Source: an uncultured Gemmatimonadales bacterium
Lineage (GTDB): Bacteria > Gemmatimonadota > Gemmatimonadetes > Palauibacterales > Palauibacteraceae
Direction: 5' to 3'
Length of the DNA stretch: 43,516 nt
Assembly (NCBI GenBank): GCA_963783385.1
Contig: CAWANJ010000004.1
Location: forward strand, 1 to 43,516
Both the position numbers and the translations under genes were made by a program. This document shows positions 1-9,339 of the stretch, in pieces; the stretch's first letter is position 1, and the number at the start of each line of letters is the position of its first letter. The notes beneath the pieces were generated by a model, which did no database searches, was not told where the DNA came from, and saw only the letters and a program-made list of their open reading frames with translations.

Positions 1-206
1 AGGGTGGGCGAGGGGCGCTCTCGAGGAGCGGGGTCCGGCCCTCACCCCGACCGTCAACGGAATCCTGTCAAGGCCCGACCGGCCAGTTGAATGACCGGCC
101 GGTCCCGGCCCCCACTCGATTTGGAGCCGTCCGGCCGGTGCGCCCTTCGACCTCGAGCCGAGCCGCCGGTTCGATCACCGCCAGGGATCATGGGGCGGGC
201 GACGCA

Positions 207-452
207 TCACTCCAGGTCGTCCAGAAACAGCGAGCGCGGAGGCCGTGTCGGTCTTGAGGACCGGCTCCCGTCCAGCAGCTTCTGGAGCTCCTCCGCGCTG
301 AGCTCGAACGGATCGTCGATCCGGGGCGGCGGCGTGACCCGGACCTCCTTCCCGTCGTTCCCGCGCAGCGGCCGGAACGTCCACGCGCTGTCCGAGAGGT
401 CCCGGATCTCCCAGCCGCCGCCGTCACGGTCCCGGAACTTGCGGTAGCCCAC
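207..452 (-). CDS. small hypothetical protein (81 aa; MGYRKFRDRDGGGWEIRD...FELSAEELQKLL)
   Basis: GTG at 452 lies ~8 nt after a strong GGAGGAGG RBS and directly downstream of the Vps10 gene. It resembles, from recall, short R.F.D..G..W proteins of Gemmatimonadota. Confidence 0.7.
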   Translation of the reverse strand: MGYRKFRDRDGGGWEIRDLSDSAWTFRPLRGNDGKEVRVTPPPRIDDPFELSAEELQKLLDGSRSSRPTRPPRSLFLDDLE

Positions 453-495
453 GGCCGCACCTCCTCCTGTCGCCCTCGCGCCCCGGTCCCGGGCC

Positions 496-3400
496 TCAGC
501 CGCCGGCCGGGTCCGTGCCGGCCGGCCCCGATGCCTCCGCCGGCACCACCACCGGCGGCACGCCGTAGCGGCGCAGGAGCTCGTTGAAGCCCGACACGCC
601 GTCGGTGAGGGCCCGCTCGACCTCGGCCCGGATCGGCTCAAGCTCGGCGTTCAGGTCCGCGAAGCGCGTCCTCGAGCCCTCGGTGGGCCGCCCGTACGCG
701 TCGTGGATGTGTCCGTACAGGAAGTCGAAGTGGTTGTCGATGCGGGGCGGATAGTTGATCCCGTCCTCGCCCGTGCGGATGGTGTCGTTGTGGAGCTGGC
801 CGGCCAGCGACGACAGCGTCGACCGCAGGGAGTCGGCCGCCATCTTCACCCGGCTGTTCACCGAGTCGGGGAAGTTGCCGTGCGCCACTCGATCCGACGC
901 GTGCCCCACCTGCTCGCGCGCCGAGCGCAGGGCCCGCACCGCGTCGTGGATGGCGGTGACCGAGTCGCGGACCCGGGTGGCCAGGTCGAACTCGGCCTGC
1001 AGGTCCTCCGGGGTCACGTCCGTGTAGCGCGGGTCCTTGCGCACGTCGAAGCTCCGGTCGAGGCTCCAGCCGTCGCCCTTCACCCGGACCGTGTAGGTGC
1101 CCGGGACGGCCCACGGCCCACCCGTGTAGCCCAGGTCCATGACCGCGCCCTTCACCAGGTGGGGGCCCGGGTAGTGGAGGTCCCACTCCAGCCGGTTCTC
1201 GCCGGCGTGGAGGTCCAGGGAGTGCGTGGCCCAGGACGCGAAGTCCCCGCTCTCCGCCGCGGCGCCGCTCTGGCCCGCGGTCGCGAAGTCGCCCTCTTCG
1301 CCGCCTTCGGACGACCCCGCGCCTCGGCCCGAGCGGCCCTTCCGGGCGGTCGACCAGCGCGCCGCCACCCGGCCCTGCGGGTCCACGACCTCCATGCTCA
1401 CCTCACCGGCCGGCGCACTCGCCAGGTACAGGTCGAACACGGCCGGCCCCGGCGGCGACTCGGGCGCCTCGGAGCCGCGGAAGCCGCGGAAGCTGGCGCG
1501 GTATGCGGCTCGGGGCTCGAACAGGTAGTGATCGGCCTTCGCCACCGCGCCGGTGAGCTGCCGGAGCGGAGTCACGTCGTCCAGGATCCAGAAGCTCCGG
1601 CCCTGGGTGGCCAGCACCAGGTCCGAGCCGTGCACCGTGAGGTCGGTGACCGGCACCGGCGGCAGGTTCTGCTGCAGCGTCTGCCAGTGGGCCCCGTCGT
1701 CGAAGGAGACGTACATCCCGAACTCGGTGCCCGCGTACAGGAGCCCCGCCCGCACCGGGTCCTCCCGCACCACCCGCACCGGGTCTCCCGCCGGGATGCC
1801 CCGGGTGCCGTCGGCGATCCGGGTCCAGTGGGCCCCCCAGTCCTTCGTCTCGTAGACGTAGGGATGCCAGTCGTCCATCCGGTAGCGGTAGGCGGTGACG
1901 TACGCCTGGCCCGCCTGGTGGGGCGAGGGGGCGATCACGTTGACGGTGGAGTAGGCCGGAAGCCCCGGGGGCGTGACGTCCTTCCAGGTCTTGCCCCCGT
2001 CGCGCGTCAGGTGCACGAGCCCGTCGTCCGAGCCCGCCCACAGCACGTCCGGCGACTCGGTCCCCTCGGCCAGCGCGAAGATCGTCCCGTAGATCTCGAC
2101 GCCCGTGTGGTCGTGCTGCACGGGCCCGCCCGGGATCGCCTGCGTGGTGGTGTCGTGGCGCGTGAGGTCGGGGCTGATGGCCGTCCACGTGCGGCCCTCG
2201 TCCGTGCTCTTCAGCAGCACCTGGGCGGCGTGGTAGACGACGCTGGAGTCGAACCTCGACATGAGGATGGGCGCGTTCCACTGGAACCGGTACTTGAGGT
2301 CCTTGGGCGCCACCCCGTCGGTGAGCTCGGGGTAGGCGATCACGTCACGCACCTTGCCCGTGGTGCGGTCCACCCGGTCGATCACGCCCAGGTAACTTCC
2401 CGAGTAGACCAGGTCCGGGTGGTCGGGGTCGAGCGCGAGGTAGCCGCTCTCGCCGCCCGCCAGGTCCAGCCACTGCGTCTGCGGCGAGATGCCGCCGCTC
2501 GACCAGGCCGGCACGCTGATCGTGCCCAGGTCCTGCTGCGCGCCGTACAGGCGGTAGGGAAAGCCGTTGTCGACGGTCACCCGGTAGAACTGCGCCGTGG
2601 GCTGGTTGAGGAGCGTCGACCACGTTTTCCCGCCATCCGTGGTCACGTGCGCGCCGCCGTCGTTCCCCTCGATCATCACCTTCGGCTCGGAGGGGTCGAT
2701 CCACAGCGAGTGGTTGTCGCCGTGCCGGGTGCGCACCCGCTGCCACGTCTTCCCCGCGTCGTCCGAGCGCCAGAAGCCCACGTTGGGGATGTAGACGGTG
2801 TTCGGGTCCTGCGGGTCGGCGATGATGCGCGAGTAGTACCAGCCGCGCTGGGTGAGCTCGTGGTCGGAGCTCACGTGCCTCCACGTCTTGCCGGCGTCGT
2901 CCGAGCGCCAGATGCCGCCGTCCGGCTCCTTGGCCGTGATCACCGCGTACACGCGGTCCGGGTCGGCCGGCGACACGGCCACCCCGATCTTCCCGAGGAG
3001 GCCATCCGGCAGGCCGCCCGAGAGCTTCGTCCAGTGGTCTCCGCCGTCGGTGGACTTCCAGATGCCGCCCTCGCGGGAGCCGTCCACGATCGTCCATGGC
3101 TTGCGCTCGGATGTCCACGCGGCGGCGTACAGGACCCGGGGGTTGGCGGGATCCATCGACAGGTCGGCCACCCCGGTCGAGTCGGAGATGAACAGGACCT
3201 TCTTCCAGGTCGTCCCACCGTCCTCGGAGCGGAACACGCCGCGGGTCGGGTTGGGGCCGAAGGGATGGCCGAGGGCGGCCACGTACACGCGGTCCGGGTC
3301 GTTCGGGTCCACCCGCACGGCCCCGATCGAGCCGGCGTCCTCCAGGCCCACACGGGCCCACGTCTTCCCGGCGTCGGTCGACCGGTACAGCCCGTCGCCG

Positions 3401-3828
3401 GTCGACACGTTGCCGCGCCACGCCCACGAGCCGGTGCCCACGTACACGACGTTGGCGTCCGAGGAGGCCACGGCGATGGCGCCGATGGAGCCCACCCCGA
3501 ACCCGCCGTCCGAGACGTTCGACCAGGACAGACCCGTGTTGGTGGTCTTCCACACGCCTCCGCCCGTGGCGCCCATGTAGAAGGTGCGGTGGTCCCCGTG
3601 GGGGACCCCGGCCACGGCGGTCACCCGGCCGCCGCGGTAGGGCCCTACCATGCGGTAGTCGAGGCCGGCGTACAGCGCCGTGTCGTAGACCGGCTGCCCG
3701 GCCGGGTGGGGCGCCACGCGGGCCGTCTCCTGGGCGGAGGCCCGGGCCGGCGGCAGGGCCGTCAGGAAGGCTAGGGCCGCGGCCAGCGGGAGCGCCGCGA
3801 CGGTGCGTCGGACGAGGGAGGAGGTCAT
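496..3828 (-). CDS. secreted Vps10/sortilin-like BNR (Asp-box) repeat beta-propeller protein, putative glycosyl hydrolase (paralog 1)
   Basis: Signal peptide, 'GPYRGGRVTAVAG', many S/T-x-D-G-G-x-T/S-W Asp-boxes, 'ATQGRSFWILDD' and a helical C-terminus. The ATG at 3828 overlaps the upstream stop (ATGA). Confidence 0.9.
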   Translation of the reverse strand: MTSSLVRRTVAALPLAAALAFLTALPPARASAQETARVAPHPAGQPVYDTALYAGLDYRMVGPYRGGRVTAVAGVPHGDHRTFYMGATGGGVWKTTNTGLSWSNVSDGGFGVGSIGAIAVASSDANVVYVGTGSWAWRGNVSTGDGLYRSTDAGKTWARVGLEDAGSIGAVRVDPNDPDRVYVAALGHPFGPNPTRGVFRSEDGGTTWKKVLFISDSTGVADLSMDPANPRVLYAAAWTSERKPWTIVDGSREGGIWKSTDGGDHWTKLSGGLPDGLLGKIGVAVSPADPDRVYAVITAKEPDGGIWRSDDAGKTWRHVSSDHELTQRGWYYSRIIADPQDPNTVYIPNVGFWRSDDAGKTWQRVRTRHGDNHSLWIDPSEPKVMIEGNDGGAHVTTDGGKTWSTLLNQPTAQFYRVTVDNGFPYRLYGAQQDLGTISVPAWSSGGISPQTQWLDLAGGESGYLALDPDHPDLVYSGSYLGVIDRVDRTTGKVRDVIAYPELTDGVAPKDLKYRFQWNAPILMSRFDSSVVYHAAQVLLKSTDEGRTWTAISPDLTRHDTTTQAIPGGPVQHDHTGVEIYGTIFALAEGTESPDVLWAGSDDGLVHLTRDGGKTWKDVTPPGLPAYSTVNVIAPSPHQAGQAYVTAYRYRMDDWHPYVYETKDWGAHWTRIADGTRGIPAGDPVRVVREDPVRAGLLYAGTEFGMYVSFDDGAHWQTLQQNLPPVPVTDLTVHGSDLVLATQGRSFWILDDVTPLRQLTGAVAKADHYLFEPRAAYRASFRGFRGSEAPESPPGPAVFDLYLASAPAGEVSMEVVDPQGRVAARWSTARKGRSGRGAGSSEGGEEGDFATAGQSGAAAESGDFASWATHSLDLHAGENRLEWDLHYPGPHLVKGAVMDLGYTGGPWAVPGTYTVRVKGDGWSLDRSFDVRKDPRYTDVTPEDLQAEFDLATRVRDSVTAIHDAVRALRSAREQVGHASDRVAHGNFPDSVNSRVKMAADSLRSTLSSLAGQLHNDTIRTGEDGINYPPRIDNHFDFLYGHIHDAYGRPTEGSRTRFADLNAELEPIRAEVERALTDGVSGFNELLRRYGVPPVVVPAEASGPAGTDPAGG

Positions 3829-6800
3829 GGGCTCTCCGGAGATGATGAGGTTCGATCCGGGACGACGACCGCGGGGACGTCGTGGTCGGACAGGAGACGG
3901 TCCAGCGCCGGCAGTGCCCCGTGCAGGGCGCGGTCCAGCCGGGCCCGCACCGCCGTCCACCCGGCTTCCAGGTCCCGGAAGCGTCGGCGCTCCCCGGCGG
4001 TCGGCGGCGCGTCGGCGCTGATCACCGTTCCGGCCAGGTGGGCGTAGTAGGTCCACAGCTTCGACTCGAAGTTGATCGGGTCCTGTCCCGACTCGCTCCG
4101 GGTCTGGATGAGGGCGTCCTCGACCGCGCCGAGGCTGTCCGTCAGCGCCGAGGCGGCCGCGGAGATCGACGCGCTGTCGGCCGCCGGCAGCGAGCCCGCG
4201 TCCGCGGCCCGCTTCACCGCCGCGTGGGCCTGCGAGCGCACGTCGCGCAGCGTGCGGAGCGCGTCGTGGATGGCCTGGATCCGGTCACGGATCGCCTCGA
4301 GGAGATCGAATTGGGCGGCGAGCTCCGAGCGCGTCGCGTGGATCCGCGGGTCTTCCTTCACCCGGAAGGTGCGGGTCCGGCTCCAGCCGTCCGCCGACAG
4401 CGTGGCCCGGTAGCTCCCGGGTACGGCAGGCGGGCCGCCCGCGTAGCCGTAGTAGACCACGGCATCCGGGACGAGCCGCGGCCCGGGGTAGAGGAGGTCC
4501 CAGGTGAAGCGGTGCGCGCCCGCGCCGGAAGGCAGCGACGACGAGTCGCTCCGGAACGACCGCACGGTGTGGCCGGAGGAGTCGGCGATCGTGAGCGTGA
4601 CCGGCCCGCGGGGCGCGCGGGGGAAGAACCAGTCGAAGATCGCGCCCTCGGGCGGCGGCTCGGGCGCCGCCGGGCCGCCGTAACCCTGAGCCCGGGTGCG
4701 CCACGCGTCCCGGGGCTGGAAGAACACGCGGCCAGAGTCGGGCGCCGCGGCCCGGCGGGCCAGCTCCGCGTCGATTTGCCGCAGCGGCGTCACGTCGTCC
4801 AGGATCCAGAAGCTCCGGCCCTGCGTGGCCACCACCAGGTCGGTGCCGTGCACGGCCAGGTCCGTGACCGGGACGATGGGGAGGTCCAGCTGCAGCGTCT
4901 GCCAGTGCCCGCCGTCGTCGAAGGAGACGTACATCCCGAACTCGGTCCCGGCGTACAGGAGCCCGGGCCGCTCCGGGTCCTCGCGCACCACCCGCACCGG
5001 GTCGTCGGCCGGGATGCCGCGCGTGCCGTCGGCGATTCGCGTCCAGTGCGCCCCGTAGTCCTCCGTCCGGTAGGCGTAGGGCCGGAAGTCGTCCAGCCGG
5101 TAGCGGTAGACGGTGAGGTAGGCCCGGCCGGCGGCGTGGGCGGAGGGCTCGATCACGTTGACCGTGGACAGGCGGGGAAGGCCGGCCGGCGTGACGTCCG
5201 TCCAGCTCTTCCCTCCATCCCGGGTGACGTGCACGAGCCCGTCGTCCGAGCCGGCCCACAGGACCAGGGAGTCGCGCGGCGACTCGGCCAGCGAGAACAG
5301 GGTGGCGTAGGTCTCGACCCCCGTGATGTCGTGCTGCACGGGGCCGCCCGGGTAGCCCATGGTCGCGGAGTCGTGCCGCGTCAGGTCGGGGCTGATCGCC
5401 CTCCACGTGTGCCCGCCGTCCGAGCTCCGCAGCACCATCTGCGCGCCGTAGTAGAGGACAGCCGGGTCGTGCGAGGAGACGATGAGGGGCGGATTCCAGT
5501 TAAAGCGATACTTCAGATCACGGATCGCACGCCCATCCTGCATCTGTGGATACGGGTTTACGTTCTCGGCCTGCCGCGTGCGCGCGTCGAACCGGTACAG
5601 GTCGCCGCTGTAGCAGCCGCCGTACACGATGTCGGGCTCGCGCGGGTCGACGACGACCGAGCCGCTCTCGCAGCCCCCGGTCTCGTACCAGAAGGAGAAG
5701 CGAGTGGGGGCCAGCTCGGTCCAGGCGGGCACGCCGATGGCCGTGTTGTCCTGCTGGGCGCCGAAGATCCGATACGGGAACTCGTCGTCGACGAACACGC
5801 GGTAGAACTGGGCCGTTGGCTGGTTCAGCATCGTGGACCAGGTCCGGCCCCCGTTCGTGGTGACCTGCGCGCCCCCGTCGTCTCCGAGGATCATGCGCGC
5901 CGGATCGTCCGGGTCGATCCACAGGTCGTGGGTGTCGCCGTGCGGGACGCGGAGGCGCCGGAAGCTGCGGCCGCCGTCCACCGACCTCCACACCGACGTG
6001 TTGAGGACGTACACGGTCTCCGGGTCCCGTGGGTCGGCGATCACGTGCGTGTAGTAGAAGGCCCGCTGGCGCAGCTTGCGCTCGCGGTTCACGCGCGTCC
6101 AGCTCGCCCCGCCGTCGTCGGACCGGTACAGGCCGCCCCGGTCGTGCGCCTCCTCGGTCACCATGGCCCACACCCGGTCGGGGTCGGCCGGGGAGACGGC
6201 CACGCCGATCTTGCCCACCAGCCCCGTCGGCAGACCCCCGGACAGCTCCGTCCAGTGGTCGCCGCCGTCGGTCGTCTTCCACACGCCGCCCTCGCGCGAC
6301 CCGTCGATCAGGGTCCACGGCTTCCGCTGCGCCCGCCACGCGGCGGCGTACAGCACGCGCGGATTGGAGGGATCCAGGGCCAGGTCGATGAAGCCGGTCG
6401 AGTCGGAGACGAACAGGACCTTCTCCCAGGTGGCGCCGCCGTCCTCGGAGCGGAACACGCCCCGCGTGGAGCTCGGGCCGAAGGCGTCGCCCAGCACGGC
6501 CGCGTACACGCGCTCGGGATCGCGCGGGTCGACGACCAGGTCGCCCACCTGGCCCGCGTCGGCCAGGCCGAGGAAGCGCCAGGTGGCGCCCCCGTCCGTG
6601 GAGCCGTACAGGCCCCGGCCCGCCGAGGCGTTGCCGCGGATGTCGGCCTCGCCGGTGGCGGCGTACACGACGTTCGGGTCCGAGGGCGCGACCGCCAGGG
6701 CTCCGATGGAGCCGGCGGCGAAGGTGCCGTCGGAGACGTTGTGCCAGGTCACGCCAGCGTCCGTCGTCTTCCAAACGCCGCCGCCCGTGGCGCCCATGTA

Positions 6801-7097
6801 GAAGGTCCGGGGATGGCCGCGGACGCCCGCCACCGCCTGGACGCGCCCGCCCCGGGAGGGTCCCACTTCGCGGTAGCGCAGTCCGGCGTACAGGGCCGTG
6901 TCGAACAGGACGTGGCCGGGGGGGTGGAGAGGCGAGCGGGTCGGCAGGCGGCGCGAGCTCGGCGCGGCGGGCGCCGGAGGGGCCCCGTGCGCTGGCGGCC
7001 CCGCGTACAGGGTGGAGGCCGGACCCCAGGCCAGGACGACCGCCGCGAGCGTCAGTCCGACGCCCGTTCGGACTCCCCAGCCGGGCCGTCCCGTCAT
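3825..7097 (-). CDS. secreted Vps10/sortilin-like BNR repeat protein (paralog 2)
   Basis: Same motifs as paralog 1. ATG at 7097 follows an AGGGAGG RBS, and a signal peptide is present. Confidence 0.9.
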   Translation of the reverse strand: MTGRPGWGVRTGVGLTLAAVVLAWGPASTLYAGPPAHGAPPAPAAPSSRRLPTRSPLHPPGHVLFDTALYAGLRYREVGPSRGGRVQAVAGVRGHPRTFYMGATGGGVWKTTDAGVTWHNVSDGTFAAGSIGALAVAPSDPNVVYAATGEADIRGNASAGRGLYGSTDGGATWRFLGLADAGQVGDLVVDPRDPERVYAAVLGDAFGPSSTRGVFRSEDGGATWEKVLFVSDSTGFIDLALDPSNPRVLYAAAWRAQRKPWTLIDGSREGGVWKTTDGGDHWTELSGGLPTGLVGKIGVAVSPADPDRVWAMVTEEAHDRGGLYRSDDGGASWTRVNRERKLRQRAFYYTHVIADPRDPETVYVLNTSVWRSVDGGRSFRRLRVPHGDTHDLWIDPDDPARMILGDDGGAQVTTNGGRTWSTMLNQPTAQFYRVFVDDEFPYRIFGAQQDNTAIGVPAWTELAPTRFSFWYETGGCESGSVVVDPREPDIVYGGCYSGDLYRFDARTRQAENVNPYPQMQDGRAIRDLKYRFNWNPPLIVSSHDPAVLYYGAQMVLRSSDGGHTWRAISPDLTRHDSATMGYPGGPVQHDITGVETYATLFSLAESPRDSLVLWAGSDDGLVHVTRDGGKSWTDVTPAGLPRLSTVNVIEPSAHAAGRAYLTVYRYRLDDFRPYAYRTEDYGAHWTRIADGTRGIPADDPVRVVREDPERPGLLYAGTEFGMYVSFDDGGHWQTLQLDLPIVPVTDLAVHGTDLVVATQGRSFWILDDVTPLRQIDAELARRAAAPDSGRVFFQPRDAWRTRAQGYGGPAAPEPPPEGAIFDWFFPRAPRGPVTLTIADSSGHTVRSFRSDSSSLPSGAGAHRFTWDLLYPGPRLVPDAVVYYGYAGGPPAVPGSYRATLSADGWSRTRTFRVKEDPRIHATRSELAAQFDLLEAIRDRIQAIHDALRTLRDVRSQAHAAVKRAADAGSLPAADSASISAAASALTDSLGAVEDALIQTRSESGQDPINFESKLWTYYAHLAGTVISADAPPTAGERRRFRDLEAGWTAVRARLDRALHGALPALDRLLSDHDVPAVVVPDRTSSSPESP

Positions 7098-7252
7098 GCC
7101 GTCCTCCCTTGCCGGCGGTCTATCCGGTCCCGCCGGCAGGGTCCCTGCACACCGGAGGCGTGGGTGCGCTCCGGACGGGCGGGTCGGAACGAGGGGCGTA
7201 CGATACGTCGGATGCACCGGGTGCACAAACCATCACGGGACCGGGAGGCCGC

Positions 7253-7618
7253 ATGAGGATACGGGTCACGGGCGAGACGGAGATCACGGTGGAGCCGGCG
7301 GAGATGCTGGAGATCGAGGAGGTCGGCGAGGCTCACTTCGGCCCTCTGCACATGCTGGCCGCGTCGCTGGCCACCTGCACGGTCGCCGTCCTGGCGTCCT
7401 GGGCCGACGCGGTGGGCCTCTCCCTGGACGATCTCGAGGTGCGCCTGGCCTGGAACTACGTGGAGGAGCCCTACCGAGTGGGGACCTACCGCATGGACAT
7501 CGAGTGGCCCTCCCTGCCCGAGGAGCGGCTCGGACGCGTCCGGAGGGTGGCCGAGGCCTGCACCGTCCATCACACCCTCACCCACTCGCCGGCCATCCAG
7601 ATCGACGCGGGCGGCTGA
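7253..7618 (+). CDS. OsmC family protein
   Basis: 'GPLHMLAASLATCT' and 'AEACTVHHTL' give the two-Cys OsmC/Ohr pattern. GGGAGG RBS before the ATG at 7253. Confidence 0.8.
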   Translation: MRIRVTGETEITVEPAEMLEIEEVGEAHFGPLHMLAASLATCTVAVLASWADAVGLSLDDLEVRLAWNYVEEPYRVGTYRMDIEWPSLPEERLGRVRRVAEACTVHHTLTHSPAIQIDAGG

Positions 7619-7653
7619 GCGGCGCCGGCGAGGCGAGGCGCCCGCCGCTGGGA

Positions 7654-8448
7654 TCAGCCCGCGCCGCCCCGCCTCCAGAAGATGACGCCGCCCACCACCG
7701 AGATCACCGCGAAGGCGAACCACTGGATCGCGTAGGACAGGTGAGGGCCGTTGCTGAGCTCGGGGAGCGGGATGCGGACCGGGAAGATCCGGGCGCCGGC
7801 CGGATCCGTGCGCTGCGCGTACAGCCGGGCGACGGGATAGGGGAGGAGGCGCGCGAGGGCCCCCGGGTCCAGGTGACCGAGGACCGGGTGGGGCCCGTCC
7901 GGCGCGTCCAGGCTGTCGACCCGTCGTGCCCGCGTGCCGGGTACCTGCAGGAGGAGGACGTTCGCCGTGTCCGGCGCGCCGCCCGGGGCGACCGCCGAAT
8001 CGGGGCGTCCCGCCAGCAGGGGGGCGTGGAACGCGTCGGGGGCCGGTAGCCAGCCCCGGAGCACCGGGATGCCCACCGAGTCCCCGCCCTCCCGCACGAC
8101 CAGCGGCGTCACCACGTACACGCCCGGCGCGCCCTGGAAGGATCGGTCCCGCAGCACGATCTCGCGCCGCCAGTCGAAGCGTCCGACCAGGCGGGCGGAG
8201 CGCCACGCGAGGCTGTCGGAGCGGGCCGCGGCGGCCGAGTCGGGGCCGGACGACCGGGCGATCGGCAGGCGGCCCAGCGCCAGGCCGCCGGGCAGGGCGA
8301 GGGAAGGACGCGCCTGCCGGAGACGGCGCGCGGCGTTCTCGGCCTTGCGCTCCGCGAGCCGGTGGATCTGCCAGAAGCCCAGGCGGGTGAACAGGGCCGT
8401 GGCCGCGACGACGATGCCGACGAAGGTGATGCGCCCGAAACGCTTCAA
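7654..8448 (-). CDS. SURF1 family protein (cytochrome oxidase biogenesis)
   Basis: 'LGFWQIHRLAERK', 'GVYVVTPL', 'VLRGWLP' and 'HLSYAIQWFAFA'. Likely TTG start at 8448. Confidence 0.9.
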   Translation of the reverse strand: MKRFGRITFVGIVVAATALFTRLGFWQIHRLAERKAENAARRLRQARPSLALPGGLALGRLPIARSSGPDSAAAARSDSLAWRSARLVGRFDWRREIVLRDRSFQGAPGVYVVTPLVVREGGDSVGIPVLRGWLPAPDAFHAPLLAGRPDSAVAPGGAPDTANVLLLQVPGTRARRVDSLDAPDGPHPVLGHLDPGALARLLPYPVARLYAQRTDPAGARIFPVRIPLPELSNGPHLSYAIQWFAFAVISVVGGVIFWRRGGAG

Positions 8449-8477
8449 CGGACCCGTTCCCGCCGCCGCGCGGCTCG

Positions 8478-8506
8478 CCGTTCGTCCCCCTCCTTCACGG
8501 CTCGTC
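8478..8506 (+). promoter_or_regulatory. candidate LytTR direct repeat (CCGTTCGTC ... CGGCTCGTC, 20-nt period)
   Basis: The first copy matches the AlgR-type LytTR box CCGTTCGTC. It lies upstream of the lipoprotein gene next to the LytS/LytTR pair. Confidence 0.45.
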
Positions 8507-8619
8507 CCACCGCCGTGCGCTCCGGCCCCCGCCGGCCGCGCCCCCTCCGGCCCTCCCCGACGTTGAACGGGGGACGTCGGACGGGCCAATGTCCCGGCCA
8601 TCTCTCGAGGAGGAGCCTC

Positions 8620-9265
8620 ATGCGAACTACTCCATCTCGGCATCGCTCTCACTCTCATCGCGTTGGCGGTCGCGGCCGGCTGCGATTCTCCGGCGAGTCC
8701 CTCCGCGCCGCGGGCCTCCGCGTCGGCCGCCGCGGTGCCGACCACCTCCGGCCCGAACGGTGCCTTCGTGATCCGCGGCACCACGCCGGGATTCATCATC
8801 CACGTCGACACGGAGCGCGACCTCATGGCCGTGCACGCTCCCTCGAACGTATGCGGCGGGGGTAGCCTCAACACGCTCACCTACCAGCGCGTGGTCACGC
8901 CCTCGCAGATCGGGCAGGCGCCGTTCAACATCCGATCGGTGGGCCCGGTCGCCCTCTACAATACGAGTTCGCTGGCCGAGGCGGGGTTCGAGGGGGGCTT
9001 CGACACGGCCGGACTCACCGGGCTCGTGGACCTGGGCAAGTTTTGCGCGTTCCTCACCGGCGAGCACAGGATCGCCGAGGGGGACGTCCTGCGCACCTCC
9101 AGCTTCACCAACGCCAACTTCTCGGCCACCTGGCGCGGCACGGTGCAGGACCTCCAGGGCGGGACGCTCCACCTCACCGAGGTGTACGAGCTGACCGGTG
9201 ACGCGCACGACCCGAACAACCCGGCGACCTGGAGCGTGAACGTCTCGAAGATCTTGCTGCACTGA
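8620..9265 (+). CDS. hypothetical lipoprotein (one extra base near codon 2-3)
   Basis: GAGGAGGAG RBS then ATG at 8620. Removing one base gives MRLLHLGIALTLIALAVAAG-C, a lipobox, in frame with ORF 8663..9265. Confidence 0.7.
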
Positions 9266-9339
9266 TCCCCACGACGCACCGTGGGTCGGGGGCGGCGTCC
9301 GCCGCCCTCGACTCGCGCCCCCGACCTGAGGACGGCGGC

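Noticed and set aside
496-7097. Repeats suggesting a CRISPR array or a DGR template/variable pair
   Set aside because: They are coding Asp-box repeats and paralog homology. There is no spacer periodicity, cas gene or reverse transcriptase.
7186-7212. GGAAC upstream of OsmC as a member of the ECF regulon
   Set aside because: There is no GTT at the 18-nt spacing, only GTC at 16 nt, which is too weak to call.
703-7256. Very long antisense ORFs (703..3774, 3882..7256, and similar ones elsewhere)
   Set aside because: Shadow frames caused by near-total G/C at third codon positions of the real genes. They have no recognisable motifs.
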